In this document: in pieces, positions 1 to 7,980 of the stretch
Position numbering within the stretch: position 1 is the first letter of the stretch
Layout: the number at the start of each line of letters is the position of its first letter
Assembly (NCBI RefSeq): GCF_000020385.1
Contig: NC_010815.1
Span: forward strand, 1-32,000
Origin: Trichlorobacter lovleyi SZ
GTDB taxonomy: Bacteria; Desulfobacterota; Desulfuromonadia; Geobacterales; Pseudopelobacteraceae
Length of the DNA stretch: 32,000 nt
Direction: 5' to 3'
Program-made: the position numbers and the translations under genes
The notes under the pieces: model-generated
The model's database searches: none
What the model was told of the DNA's origin: nothing
What the model saw: only the letters and a program-made list of their open reading frames with translations

Positions 1-20
1 CCACGTCCGCCTTGTGTTCA

Positions 21-304
21 ACCGTTTCAAAAGCCGCGTCAAAGGAATCTCTCAACAGCTAAGATAATCCAGGCGGTCTCCAGTGGCTATTTATCCAAAA
101 GTCGTTAATTCATTTTTGCAAAGTACAAACCGGTCAAGACAGCCGTTTTTCAAATCTAGTAAATTCAGTTTTGGTGGGGGTTCTGCCATCTGATCAACCG
201 ATTTTCAAAAATAGCTATTTCTGGTTTCAAAAGTCAGGATCTTACTTTTGGAGAAGAGATTCTTGGCGGATCGGCTGATTATCGCAACTAACCGCTTTTG
301 AAAT
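21..304 (+). repeat. Dispersed copies of an ACCG-N(0-2)-TTTYCAAA(A) motif in AT-rich non-coding DNA
   Basis: accgtttcaaaag (21-33), gccgtttttcaaat (142-155), accgattttcaaaaa (197-211), tggtttcaaaag (222-233) and the palindromic variant accgcttttgaaat (291-304). Also tcgttaatt occurs at 102-110 and 371-379. Confidence 0.4.
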
Positions 305-732
305 TATCATCATTTTGGGAATCGAGCATTTTTCCTGCCAGCATCGGGGGAAAGTTGGATCACGAAAAATTCGTTAATTTGGCCAGTATTTTCACCTGCG
401 TGGTGATCGGATTAAACCGTAAGTTTCTGCTTAAATGCCCCCGCTGGTCCCATATCAAATCTTTGGAGTCTTTAAAGCTTATGTGATCAGAGGTCCTATT
501 ACCATTTCTATAAACGCTCTATCAACAGATGGCCAGATATGCAGCTACCGGGTCATTAGGCCTCGAAGACAACATCTCTCCTTCGGGCAAAGCCGCAGAT
601 CACCCGCAGGTTCGGGCTGCTCAGTAATGCGTTACCCCTTGTAGGCTTGAATTGAGGGAATCAGTCTCGGTCAGCAAACCTTTAGCGTGCTATTTATTCC
701 GTTTTCTGTGGTGACCCCAGTAGATCTAAACG

Positions 733-771
733 AAAAAAGTCCGCAGCTACCTTACGCAGCATGCGGACTTT
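733..771 (-). terminator. Rho-independent terminator, expression platform of cobalamin riboswitch copy 1
   Basis: Minus-strand RNA forms AAGUCCGCAUGC-loop-GCUGCGGACUU followed by U6 (plus-strand A6 at 733-738). The same GUCCGC...GCGGAC stem plus U-run recurs directly 3' of the other two aptamers (13463-13500, 30376-30413). Confidence 0.75.
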
Positions 772-839
772 CCGTGTTTAAAGTCGCTTGATCTCGTGTC
801 AACTCCCAGTCCCCGGAGAGTTTCATGATGTAAGATCAA

Positions 840-990
840 GGCAGGTCTTCTGACTTGCGAATCATCCTCCGGGCGTCTTCCCGATCAAATTGATCAGTGA
901 CATTGTTGCCCTTTGTCATCGCTTACAGCGGCGGGTCCGTGGAGGAGTTTCACCTCACTTCCCTATCAAGCCCGTATGGGCACCGTTGAT
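840..990 (-). promoter_or_regulatory. Cobalamin (B12) riboswitch aptamer, copy 1 (orphan, no ORF downstream)
   Basis: Minus strand reads GGUGCCCAUACGGGCUUGAUAGGGAAGUGAGGUGAAACUCC..GGACCCGCCGCUGUAAGCG..GUCACUGAUCAAUUUGAUCGGGAAGACG..AAGUCAGAAGACCUGCC. This carries the AGGGAA, GGUGAAA, CCCGC-CUGUAA and CACUG-GGGAAG core blocks and the 3' B12 box of classical cobalamin riboswitches. A TTGACT -35-like hexamer lies at 1063-1068, just after the cbiE stop. Confidence 0.85.
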
Positions 991-1079
991 CGTATATTCT
1001 GCTTCCGTCATGTAACAACGGAATATATTGTGGCAGACCATCTAGCACAGCACAAGATATAGAGTCAAGCAACTCGTTT

Positions 1080-1697
1080 TTACCGTATGAAAATCAGGAT
1101 GTTCAGATCTGAGCAGGGGAGCTGTAGCAGACTGGGCAGGTCGGTGCAGGTAGCTTTTTCCGTGGGCAGTCCCAGGTCTTCACACAGCCATACCGTGTGG
1201 GGGGCTGATTTCTGTTTCAGCAGTTCCTGTGCAATTTCCTTTGGGCTGTTCTCCTGATCAGTCAGGATGCAGACCTTGTCTGCATCAGCAATCCTGCCAA
1301 GGATATCAGTAAGTTTTCTGCCGTGGGCCGACAGCACCAGCGCGTCGTCCCAAGGTTCTTTGATCAGGGCAAAGGCATACTGCACGCTGGAGATATTGCT
1401 GATGATCCTGATTCGCTGCTTGGGCAGATGGTTCAGCAGGAAGCGTCCCACGCCAAAGTAGAGCGGGTCACCGGAGGCCAGCACAGCGGTTCTTTTACTG
1501 GTTTTTTCAAGCAGTTGCAACAGATCAGGCAGTTTTCCCAGGGGGATTTTATCGCCGGGATGTGCAGAAAACAGCGCCAGATGGCGCGGGTGGCCGATTA
1601 GCAGTTCTGCGTGCATGATCGCCTTACGGGCGGCACCGCTCAGGCCGTCCAGACCGCCGACTCCCATGCCGATCAGGCTTATTTCTGGTTGTTGCAT
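1080..1697 (-). CDS. cbiE: Cobalt-precorrin-7 (C5)-methyltransferase CbiE (CobL N-terminal half type)
   Basis: 205-aa ORF with tetrapyrrole-methylase signatures (ISLIGMGVGG near the N-terminus, LASGDPLYFGVG). No CbiT domain is attached. It is the last gene of the overlapping cbi operon, and its start overlaps the cbiJ 3' end by 19 nt. Confidence 0.85.
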   Translation of the reverse strand: MQQPEISLIGMGVGGLDGLSGAARKAIMHAELLIGHPRHLALFSAHPGDKIPLGKLPDLLQLLEKTSKRTAVLASGDPLYFGVGRFLLNHLPKQRIRIISNISSVQYAFALIKEPWDDALVLSAHGRKLTDILGRIADADKVCILTDQENSPKEIAQELLKQKSAPHTVWLCEDLGLPTEKATCTDLPSLLQLPCSDLNILIFIR

Positions 1698-2464
1698 GGT
1701 TGCTCCTGGTGCGCTGCCAGTGCAGCAGTAATGTCTGCAATAGCGTTATAGACCGCAATGCCGTCCGGTTGTTCTGGCTGGTGGATGATAATGACGCGGC
1801 AGCCGGTCAGGCGGGCCGCCTCAAGTTTTTCCGGCAGGCCACCGGCAACGCCGCTGTCTTTGGTGACCAGCGTGCCGATCTGATAGCGCTGAATCAGTTG
1901 GACGGTATCTTCAACGGAAAACGGCCCCCTGGCCGCAATGATCTGGTCAGGTATTAACCCGGCCTCGCAACAGGAATGCTCCGATTCCGGGTGCGGCAAC
2001 ACCCTGACAAAGAGGGTGACATCGGCAGTGGTAGCAGCCTTTGTATAGGGCAGCAGGTTACGGGAACCGCTGGTCAACAGGATCGGTCTGCCAAAGGAAA
2101 CCGCCCGTTGCGCTGCTTCACTATGGCTGGTTACGCTGATGTTCTCTTCACCGTACCGGTCACAGCCCATGCGTTGCCAACGTAGATACGGGATGCCAAT
2201 GGAGGTTGCCGCAGCCAATGCGGTTGCGTGGGCAGCCGTTGCAAAGGGATGGGTGGCATCCACCAGCAGCCTGATCTGTTCCCGGCAAATCAGTTCTTCC
2301 ATCTGCTGTTGATTCAGACGACCATGCCGACGTGATACCAATGCGTGTTCAGGCAGCTCCAGCACAGCGTCGGTTGCGGTAGAGACCAGGGTCGGCCAGC
2401 CTTGCTCCGCAAAGGCAGCGGCCAACGGCGCTGTCTCGCTGGTGCCCCCCAACAGCAGAATCAC
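1679..2464 (-). CDS. cbiJ: Cobalt-precorrin-6A reductase CbiJ/CobK
   Basis: 261 aa. The MILLLGGTSE N-terminus, LLTSGSRNL and LVTKDSG blocks are typical of CobK/CbiJ. The GTG start overlaps the cbiH stop (GTGA). Confidence 0.85.
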   Translation of the reverse strand: MILLLGGTSETAPLAAAFAEQGWPTLVSTATDAVLELPEHALVSRRHGRLNQQQMEELICREQIRLLVDATHPFATAAHATALAAATSIGIPYLRWQRMGCDRYGEENISVTSHSEAAQRAVSFGRPILLTSGSRNLLPYTKAATTADVTLFVRVLPHPESEHSCCEAGLIPDQIIAARGPFSVEDTVQLIQRYQIGTLVTKDSGVAGGLPEKLEAARLTGCRVIIIHQPEQPDGIAVYNAIADITAALAAHQEQPCNNQK

Positions 2465-3129
2465 AGGGAGTACCCCCGCGAGGTCACCAGCAGTCCGTTT
2501 AGCAGGCGGGTGTCGCTGTTGCCGATGATCACCAATGAACGCATGGTGACGCTCTGTTCCAGCAGGCCGCTCAGCGTGGTCAGGGTGATGGTTTCATCCG
2601 GGCTGCTGGCGGCGGTGACAATCCCCACCGGCGTGGTGGCCGGACGATGGCGTCGCAGAATTTCCACCGTTTCTTCCAGTTGTCTGACCCGTTTGGTGCT
2701 ACGTGGGTTGTACAGGGCCAGCACCATATCTGCCTCGGCCAAAAGTTCTATCCGGCGTCTGATCCGCTCCCACGGTACCAGCAGGTCGCTTAAGCTGATG
2801 CAGGCATAGTCCAGCATCAGCGGCGCACCCAACCGGGCAGCGGCGGCATTGGCGGCAGAGATACCGGGGATGATCTCAATCGCCACCTGCAATGATTCAG
2901 CCTCGGCCATTTCCAGCGCCAGTCCGGCCATGCCGTAGACACCGGCATCACCGGAAGAAACCAGCGCCACGGTTGCCCCTTCGTACGCCCGCTGCAGGGC
3001 GGCACGACAGCGTTCACGCTCCTGCATCATGCCGGAGACGATCAGCTCCTTGCCGTTGGTCAGATCAGCCAGTGACTCAATATAGGGGGTGTAGCCCGCC
3101 ACTACACTGCTGTGGTTGATGGCTTGCAC
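2461..3129 (-). CDS. cbiH: Cobalt-factor III / precorrin-3B C17-methyltransferase CbiH; coordinates run to the first canonical start only
   Basis: VVAGYTPYIESL, VSSGDAGVYGMAG and YNPRS blocks match CbiH/CobJ. The frame stays open upstream to 3273 and encodes the expected N-terminal motif GRLFVVGIGPGAASDRTGRA at 3183-3130. No ATG, GTG or TTG precedes that motif (see findings), so the true 5' end is uncertain. Confidence 0.8.
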   Translation of the reverse strand: MQAINHSSVVAGYTPYIESLADLTNGKELIVSGMMQERERCRAALQRAYEGATVALVSSGDAGVYGMAGLALEMAEAESLQVAIEIIPGISAANAAAARLGAPLMLDYACISLSDLLVPWERIRRRIELLAEADMVLALYNPRSTKRVRQLEETVEILRRHRPATTPVGIVTAASSPDETITLTTLSGLLEQSVTMRSLVIIGNSDTRLLNGLLVTSRGYSL

Positions 3130-3170
3130 GGCTCGCCCGGTTCGATCAGAGGCAGCACCAGGCCCGATCC

Positions 3171-3950
3171 CTACGACAAACAGCCTTCCTGTGCCACCGC
3201 TACGGTGACCCCCTGTATGATGGTTTTGGGTAGTAGTAATTGTGTCCTCCTTCCGGCCAAAAGCGCCGCCGGTTCAGCAACCGCCGGTAGTCTGACCTTT
3301 GCCTGTACAAAATCCGAATGTCCGAAGCGCCGGGCAGTATGCCTGATCTCATCGGACGGAATGATCCTGAGCGGTATGTCCAATCTGCTGGCCGCCTCCA
3401 GCAGACCTTTTTCATCGGCTTTCAGGTCCGCCGAGGCCAGTAGACGTACCTGCTCCATGCGGCAGCCAGCCAACTGTACCCCTTCGGTAATGGCGGCCAT
3501 GATCCGTTCTGCGGAGGTACCCCGGCGGCAGCCGATTCCGACAATAATCCTTTTCAGCGCCTCGGACGAGGTGGTGATCACCGGCTCTGCGCCGATCAGG
3601 TTGGCCAGACGCAGGGCACAGTCGTTGGCACCCCCTTCATGGCCGGACAGCAGGCTGACCATCCAGCGTCCGTGCAGGTCAGTCACCACCACAGCCGGAT
3701 CGCTTAATTTGTGTTGCAGCACCGGCGCCAGCGCCCGTACCACCACGCCAGCCGGGGCGGCATAGACCAGCTCGCGGTAACGTTGGAAAATTTCAGCGGT
3801 TAACGGAATGACCGCTGAAAAGGGGATCGCATCAGTAGGCAGATCCGTTACCGCGTGATGGACGTACAGGTCCGCCTCCGGTTCAAAGCTGCGAATCTTC
3901 TGCAGCAGTGCCAGACCTTCAGCAGACAAGGTAATCAGAGCGGTTTTCAT
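3171..3950 (-). CDS. cbiG: Cobalt-precorrin-5A hydrolase CbiG
   Basis: 259 aa. The position between cbiF and cbiH and the VGIGCRRG, ADLKADE and GVTVAVA blocks are typical of the CbiG C-terminal domain. ATGA overlap with the cbiF stop. Confidence 0.8.
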   Translation of the reverse strand: MKTALITLSAEGLALLQKIRSFEPEADLYVHHAVTDLPTDAIPFSAVIPLTAEIFQRYRELVYAAPAGVVVRALAPVLQHKLSDPAVVVTDLHGRWMVSLLSGHEGGANDCALRLANLIGAEPVITTSSEALKRIIVGIGCRRGTSAERIMAAITEGVQLAGCRMEQVRLLASADLKADEKGLLEAASRLDIPLRIIPSDEIRHTARRFGHSDFVQAKVRLPAVAEPAALLAGRRTQLLLPKTIIQGVTVAVAQEGCLS

Positions 3951-4705
3951 GGCTCTGTGGCGATGCGGTATTCATGGGAAAAGGCCGCATCATAGAGCTT
4001 TGATGCCGGAATATCCCGCCCCAGGGCATGGCCCACCACGATCAGGGCGGTCTTCTGTAAGCCCGCCTGGGCCGCCTGTCGGGCAATGTCAACAAGAGTT
4101 CCCCTCAAGATTTGCTGATCCGGCCAGGAGGCGTGGTAGACCACGGCAACCGGGCAGTCCGGGCCGTAGAACGGGGTCAGAGTTGTGCTTACCTCGTCAA
4201 TCTTGTGGGTTGAAAGGTAAATGCAGAGGGTGGAACGGCTGGCTGCCAACTGTTCCAGCGACTCCTTTTCCGGCATCGGCGTCCGTCCGGCAGTACGGGT
4301 CAGGATCACGGTCTGGGAGACCTCCGGTGCGGTCAGCTCGGTTGTGAGCGCCGCCGCAGCAGCCTGGAAGGCGCTGATCCCCGGCACCACCTGATAGCTG
4401 ATGCCGTACTGGTCAAGCAGGTTCATCTGTTCGCGGATTGCGCCGTACAGGGCCGGTTCGCCGGAATGGAGCCGAATCGTGTCAAGCCCCCGCTCTGCAG
4501 CACCCCGCATAGCCGCCACGGTCTGCTCCAGGGTCATGCTTGCCGAGTCGTGACGCTCCGCATCCGGCGGTAAAAGGGTTAGAATATCTGGATTGACCAG
4601 CGATCCGGCATAGATACATACCGCTGCGTTACGCAGCAGCCGTTCTGCCTTACGGGTCAACAGCTCGGGGTCACCCGGTCCGGCGCCAACAAAATAAACC
4701 ATCAT
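3947..4705 (-). CDS. cbiF: Cobalt-precorrin-4 C11-methyltransferase CbiF/CobM
   Basis: 252 aa starting MMVYFVGAGPGDPELLTRKA, with HSGEPALYGAI and VPGISAFQAAAA blocks (class III tetrapyrrole methylase, CbiF type). ATGA overlap with cbiD. Confidence 0.9.
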   Translation of the reverse strand: MMVYFVGAGPGDPELLTRKAERLLRNAAVCIYAGSLVNPDILTLLPPDAERHDSASMTLEQTVAAMRGAAERGLDTIRLHSGEPALYGAIREQMNLLDQYGISYQVVPGISAFQAAAAALTTELTAPEVSQTVILTRTAGRTPMPEKESLEQLAASRSTLCIYLSTHKIDEVSTTLTPFYGPDCPVAVVYHASWPDQQILRGTLVDIARQAAQAGLQKTALIVVGHALGRDIPASKLYDAAFSHEYRIATEP

Positions 4706-5778
4706 AGAAGAGATTCCTTTCCTTGCCAGGCGGTAAGGTCGCCGTTGCTGCCCAGCCAGTCGCCATTGTTATCGGTCAGCACCGCCGCCACCGGAAATCC
4801 GGGGGAAAAGGTACGGATAATCGACGCAACAGTATCATCAGCCAAAGCGTTTCCCAGGATCAGGCGTTCTGCCGGTTCAAGGGCCTGAAACAGTCCCTCC
4901 ACGGTTGGTGTCCCGTCCGGTGCGCTGCCCAATAGCTCGATACAGCGTCTGGTTACCACCGGCAGGGCAGAATCGGAGCGGGCCGAATGGGTATCCCATT
5001 GCCCGGCAGCCAGCTTGACCAGTTTGCCGGGATGCCCCAGCAGCAACAGACGTTCAAGCGGTTCAACTGCGGCGAGCTTGAGCAGGTAGCCCCATTCGTT
5101 GCCCACCTCCACCAGTTGGTGTTCCCTGATCCTGAAGTGACGCTCGGCTGCCCGTGCCCCGATATGCCCCGGCACCAGGATCGGGTCTTTGATGCCGCAG
5201 GCCAGGGTAATGGCAAAGGAACAGCGGATGGTCTCCTGCACCGCCTGATGGCTGAAAGGCCGCACCCGTCCGGTGGTGCCCAGCACCGACAGCCCGCCTT
5301 CAATCCCCAGGCGCGGGTTGAAGGTCTTTGTTGCCAGCGCTCTGCCGCCCGGAATGGCGATGGTAATGATCAGGCCGTCACCGGTTACCTGTCGCACCGC
5401 CTGTTCAATCATCCGGCGCGGTACCGGGTTAATGGCCGGTTCTCCAGGGAGAACCGCCAGACCGGGCAGGGTTACGGTACCCACCCCATCACCGGCCTTG
5501 AAAATAATGCCGCCTGTGCTGGAACGGGCAACCGTAGCCACCACAAAAGAGCCGTTGGTAATATCCGGGTCATCTCCCGCATCCTTACGCACCGAAGCAG
5601 CACACCATTCTTTGCCGTACTGCAGATCCTCCACCGTCAGCAGCACCCGGCTGTTGTCCGGCAGGGTCAGTTCAATGCAGGGGGGCACCGGCAGACCGTA
5701 CAACGCCAGGGTTGCCGCCTGGGCGGCGGCAGCAGCGCAACTGCCGGTGGTGTAGCCGCCTCGCAGTTCTTTACTCAC
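4702..5778 (-). CDS. cbiD: Cobalt-precorrin-5B (C1)-methyltransferase CbiD
   Basis: 358 aa. The N-terminal LRGGYTTGSCAAAAA, then DAGDDPDIT and GLSVLGTTG, are hallmark CbiD motifs. Confidence 0.9.
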   Translation of the reverse strand: MSKELRGGYTTGSCAAAAAQAATLALYGLPVPPCIELTLPDNSRVLLTVEDLQYGKEWCAASVRKDAGDDPDITNGSFVVATVARSSTGGIIFKAGDGVGTVTLPGLAVLPGEPAINPVPRRMIEQAVRQVTGDGLIITIAIPGGRALATKTFNPRLGIEGGLSVLGTTGRVRPFSHQAVQETIRCSFAITLACGIKDPILVPGHIGARAAERHFRIREHQLVEVGNEWGYLLKLAAVEPLERLLLLGHPGKLVKLAAGQWDTHSARSDSALPVVTRRCIELLGSAPDGTPTVEGLFQALEPAERLILGNALADDTVASIIRTFSPGFPVAAVLTDNNGDWLGSNGDLTAWQGKESLL

Positions 5779-6512
5779 TCCCAGCCTTTCCGGCCAAGCT
5801 GCACAATCACCGTAGACATATAGCCCATTGCCTCCGGCAGGTTGCTCGTCAGGCGGCTGATGATCACCTCGCGACCTTCCTGTTCCACATGGCAGACCAG
5901 TCTGGCCCGTTCCAGTAGGCCGTGACCGGCCAGCAACGCTGTCAACTCTTTCAGGCGGGGGCCAACCTTGTACAGCACCAGGGTTTCGCAGCGGGTAAGT
6001 GCCTCTTCCACCTGTTCAAGTCTTACCGCAGGCATCAGGATCAGGCGGTCATCCTGAATGGTCAGGGGAGTGCCGAAGCGGGCCGCTGCGGCCTGCATGG
6101 CGCTGATGCCCGGCACGACATGGATCTGTTCTGTCGGCAGCAGTTCTGCCAACGCCTCCAGCAGGTAGGCGCTGGTGCTGTAGAATAGGGGGTCGCCAAT
6201 GGTGATCTGCACGACCGACTGTCCCTGTTTGCAGCGCGTTGCTGCCAGATCCGCTGCATCGGCCCAGCACTGGCGGGTAGCCGCCTGATTGCGCTCCATC
6301 GGGTAGCTGTTTTCAATCAGCTCCTGTTTATCCAGCAACGGACGGATGGCGGTAACGGCAAGACTTTCATCGCTTTTATTGGAACGGGGGGCGATGATGA
6401 CATCGGCGGTCTCCACCAGCCGGGCAGCTCGCAGGGTCAGCAGATCCGGGGCGCCGGGACCGACGCCAACGGCGTAAAAATGACCGGGCAGCGCCCGTTC
6501 AAAACAGTTCAT
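5775..6512 (-). CDS. cbiL: Cobalt-factor II / precorrin-2 C20-methyltransferase CbiL/CobI
   Basis: 245 aa with FYAVGVGPGAPDLLTLRA, GDPLFYST and VPGISAMQAAAA blocks. Its position between cbiK and cbiD fits. Confidence 0.85.
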   Translation of the reverse strand: MNCFERALPGHFYAVGVGPGAPDLLTLRAARLVETADVIIAPRSNKSDESLAVTAIRPLLDKQELIENSYPMERNQAATRQCWADAADLAATRCKQGQSVVQITIGDPLFYSTSAYLLEALAELLPTEQIHVVPGISAMQAAAARFGTPLTIQDDRLILMPAVRLEQVEEALTRCETLVLYKVGPRLKELTALLAGHGLLERARLVCHVEQEGREVIISRLTSNLPEAMGYMSTVIVQLGRKGWE

Positions 6513-7297
6513 CAGATACCTCCAAAGTCAGCCTGCATGGCCGTGTCAAGGTGACGGCAGTACAGCGCCAGGATCTGGTCGTTCAAGCCAGCCGGGCCGC
6601 TGCAGGTGGAAGTTGCAGCACCCACCTGTGCCTTCCAGGAATCCTCTTCATCCCCCATGATGTCGTTCATGACATGGTCGCCAGCCACAAGCATCAGCGG
6701 GATAAAATGAACGGCACCGGAGCGCTGCGCCATCTCCCGAGCCCGTGCCAATGGCGCTGTGCCGGGATTGTCCCCCTCAATGGTCGCCACCATCACCTGG
6801 GGATGACGGGCCTCGATTACTGCGGCAAACTGCCTGATTTCATGATTGAACTGATCATGCTGCTCATTGCCGTGGCAGCCGATTACCGTGGGGATGCCGA
6901 CGGGGATTTCAGGTTCAAGGGCGCAGATGACCGCTTCAATATCCTGATCCGTTGTTAGCAACGGTGCAGCACAGACGGTCTTAAGTCCCGGCTCTGCTGC
7001 AAGGGCGGCGGTAATCTTGCCGTATTCCTGACCCGGCACGATCAGAAACGGCAGCACCGCCACCTGGGTGACGCCCTGTTGTTTAAAATCGCTAAACAGT
7101 TCCGGTAGGTTGGGCACCGTCACCCCCCGCTCTTTTAATCTGCGGATCACCATCTGGGAGGTAAAGGCACGACGGACCATCATCTGGGGATAGCGAGCCG
7201 CCATCTGTGCTTCAATCCAGTCATAGACCTTGAGGCCCGCATCGGCAGTGGTGCCAAAAAATACCAGCGCCAGGGCCTGGTTGGTGGTGGTTGTCAT
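6512..7297 (-). CDS. cbiK: Sirohydrochlorin cobaltochelatase CbiK (anaerobic, ATP-independent early cobalt insertion)
   Basis: 261 aa. It has a two-lobe class II chelatase pattern (LALVFFGTT..., VLPFLIVPGQEY, HGNEQH, IPLMLVAGDHV). No signal peptide is present, so it is cytoplasmic. Confidence 0.8.
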   Translation of the reverse strand: MTTTTNQALALVFFGTTADAGLKVYDWIEAQMAARYPQMMVRRAFTSQMVIRRLKERGVTVPNLPELFSDFKQQGVTQVAVLPFLIVPGQEYGKITAALAAEPGLKTVCAAPLLTTDQDIEAVICALEPEIPVGIPTVIGCHGNEQHDQFNHEIRQFAAVIEARHPQVMVATIEGDNPGTAPLARAREMAQRSGAVHFIPLMLVAGDHVMNDIMGDEEDSWKAQVGAATSTCSGPAGLNDQILALYCRHLDTAMQADFGGI

Positions 7298-7980
7298 GGG
7301 TTACCCTTTGCTTGTTGATCAGTTACGGTACAGAGCGCATGCAGGGTTGCCACCGCCAGGGGTGAGCCTCCCCGTCTGCCGCTAAGCGCGATGAACGGCA
7401 CACCCAGCGCCATCAGTTCATCCTTGCTTTCAACCACATGGACAAATCCCACCGGCATCGCCACCACCAGCGCCGGTCGAACTCCTTCTTCAATGATCAT
7501 CCGGTTCAGCTCAAGCAGTGCCACTGGCGCATTTCCAAACAGCAGGATGCCGCCGTCCGCAATGGCACGGGCCTTACACATGGCGAACAGGGAGCGGGGC
7601 AGGCCGCAGCGGCGTGCCTCTTCCGCCACATCACCATCAGCGACATGGCAGGAGATTGATTCCGGGCCGTAAGCCGGGCAGACTGAACGCAAACGGGCCA
7701 TTGAGAGGCCGGAACGGATCATGTTGGAGTCAACAAAGATCGGCTTGCCGTTACGCAAGGCTGCAGTACCGGCTGCAATGGCATCAGGAGAAAAACGGAC
7801 CAGCTCCATTAAGCCGAAATCAGCGGTGGTATGGATCAGGCGGCGCACCACCTGCCACTGGTCCGGCAAAAAAGAGTGTTCAGCAGCCTCCTGGTCTATG
7901 CAGGCAAAGGAACGTTCCTCGATCTGCTCGCCGCTTAACGGCTGGGCCAGCAGACTATGGATAAGCGGGCTTGATGGCAT
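7294..7980 (-). CDS. cbiC: Cobalt-precorrin-8 methylmutase CbiC/CobH
   Basis: 228 aa. RLIHTTADFGL, IFVDSNMI, FGNAPVAL and PVGFV blocks are typical of CbiC/CobH. Confidence 0.88.
   Translation of the reverse strand: MPSSPLIHSLLAQPLSGEQIEERSFACIDQEAAEHSFLPDQWQVVRRLIHTTADFGLMELVRFSPDAIAAGTAALRNGKPIFVDSNMIRSGLSMARLRSVCPAYGPESISCHVADGDVAEEARRCGLPRSLFAMCKARAIADGGILLFGNAPVALLELNRMIIEEGVRPALVVAMPVGFVHVVESKDELMALGVPFIALSGRRGGSPLAVATLHALCTVTDQQAKGNP

Noticed and set aside
394-410. Hairpin CACCACGCAGGUGAAA (minus strand) resembling CACCACGAGGUGAAA of the tandem aptamer, hinting at a further degenerate riboswitch in the orphan tract
   Set aside because: Only this 15-nt block matches. None of the other core blocks (AGGGAA, CCCGC-CUGUAA, B12 box) is present nearby, so it is likely coincidental.
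522-575. 17-codon minus-strand ORF (MLSSRPNDPVAAYLAIC) with AAGGAG upstream, a possible riboswitch-controlled micropeptide
   Set aside because: The SD-to-ATG spacing is only 2 nt, too short for efficient initiation, and conservation cannot be assessed. Kept only as a remote possibility.
298-644. Two plus-strand ORFs (62 and 69 aa) in the AT-rich tract
   Set aside because: No SD sequence, no recognisable motifs, mutually overlapping, and barely above the length cutoff. They are most likely chance ORFs.
3174-3273. Programmed -1 ribosomal frameshift fusing CbiG to CbiH
   Set aside because: No X XXY YYZ slippery heptamer lies in the correct register in the overlap, and no obvious downstream stimulatory structure was seen. 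It is kept as one of several explanations in the cbiH finding, not as a call.
4987-5823. 278-aa plus-strand ORF (and the similar 5273-5755) antisense to cbiD
   Set aside because: Arg/Gly/Pro/Ala-rich composition typical of shadow frames opposite a GC-rich gene. No RBS or family motifs, and the minus-strand ORF has clear CbiD signatures.
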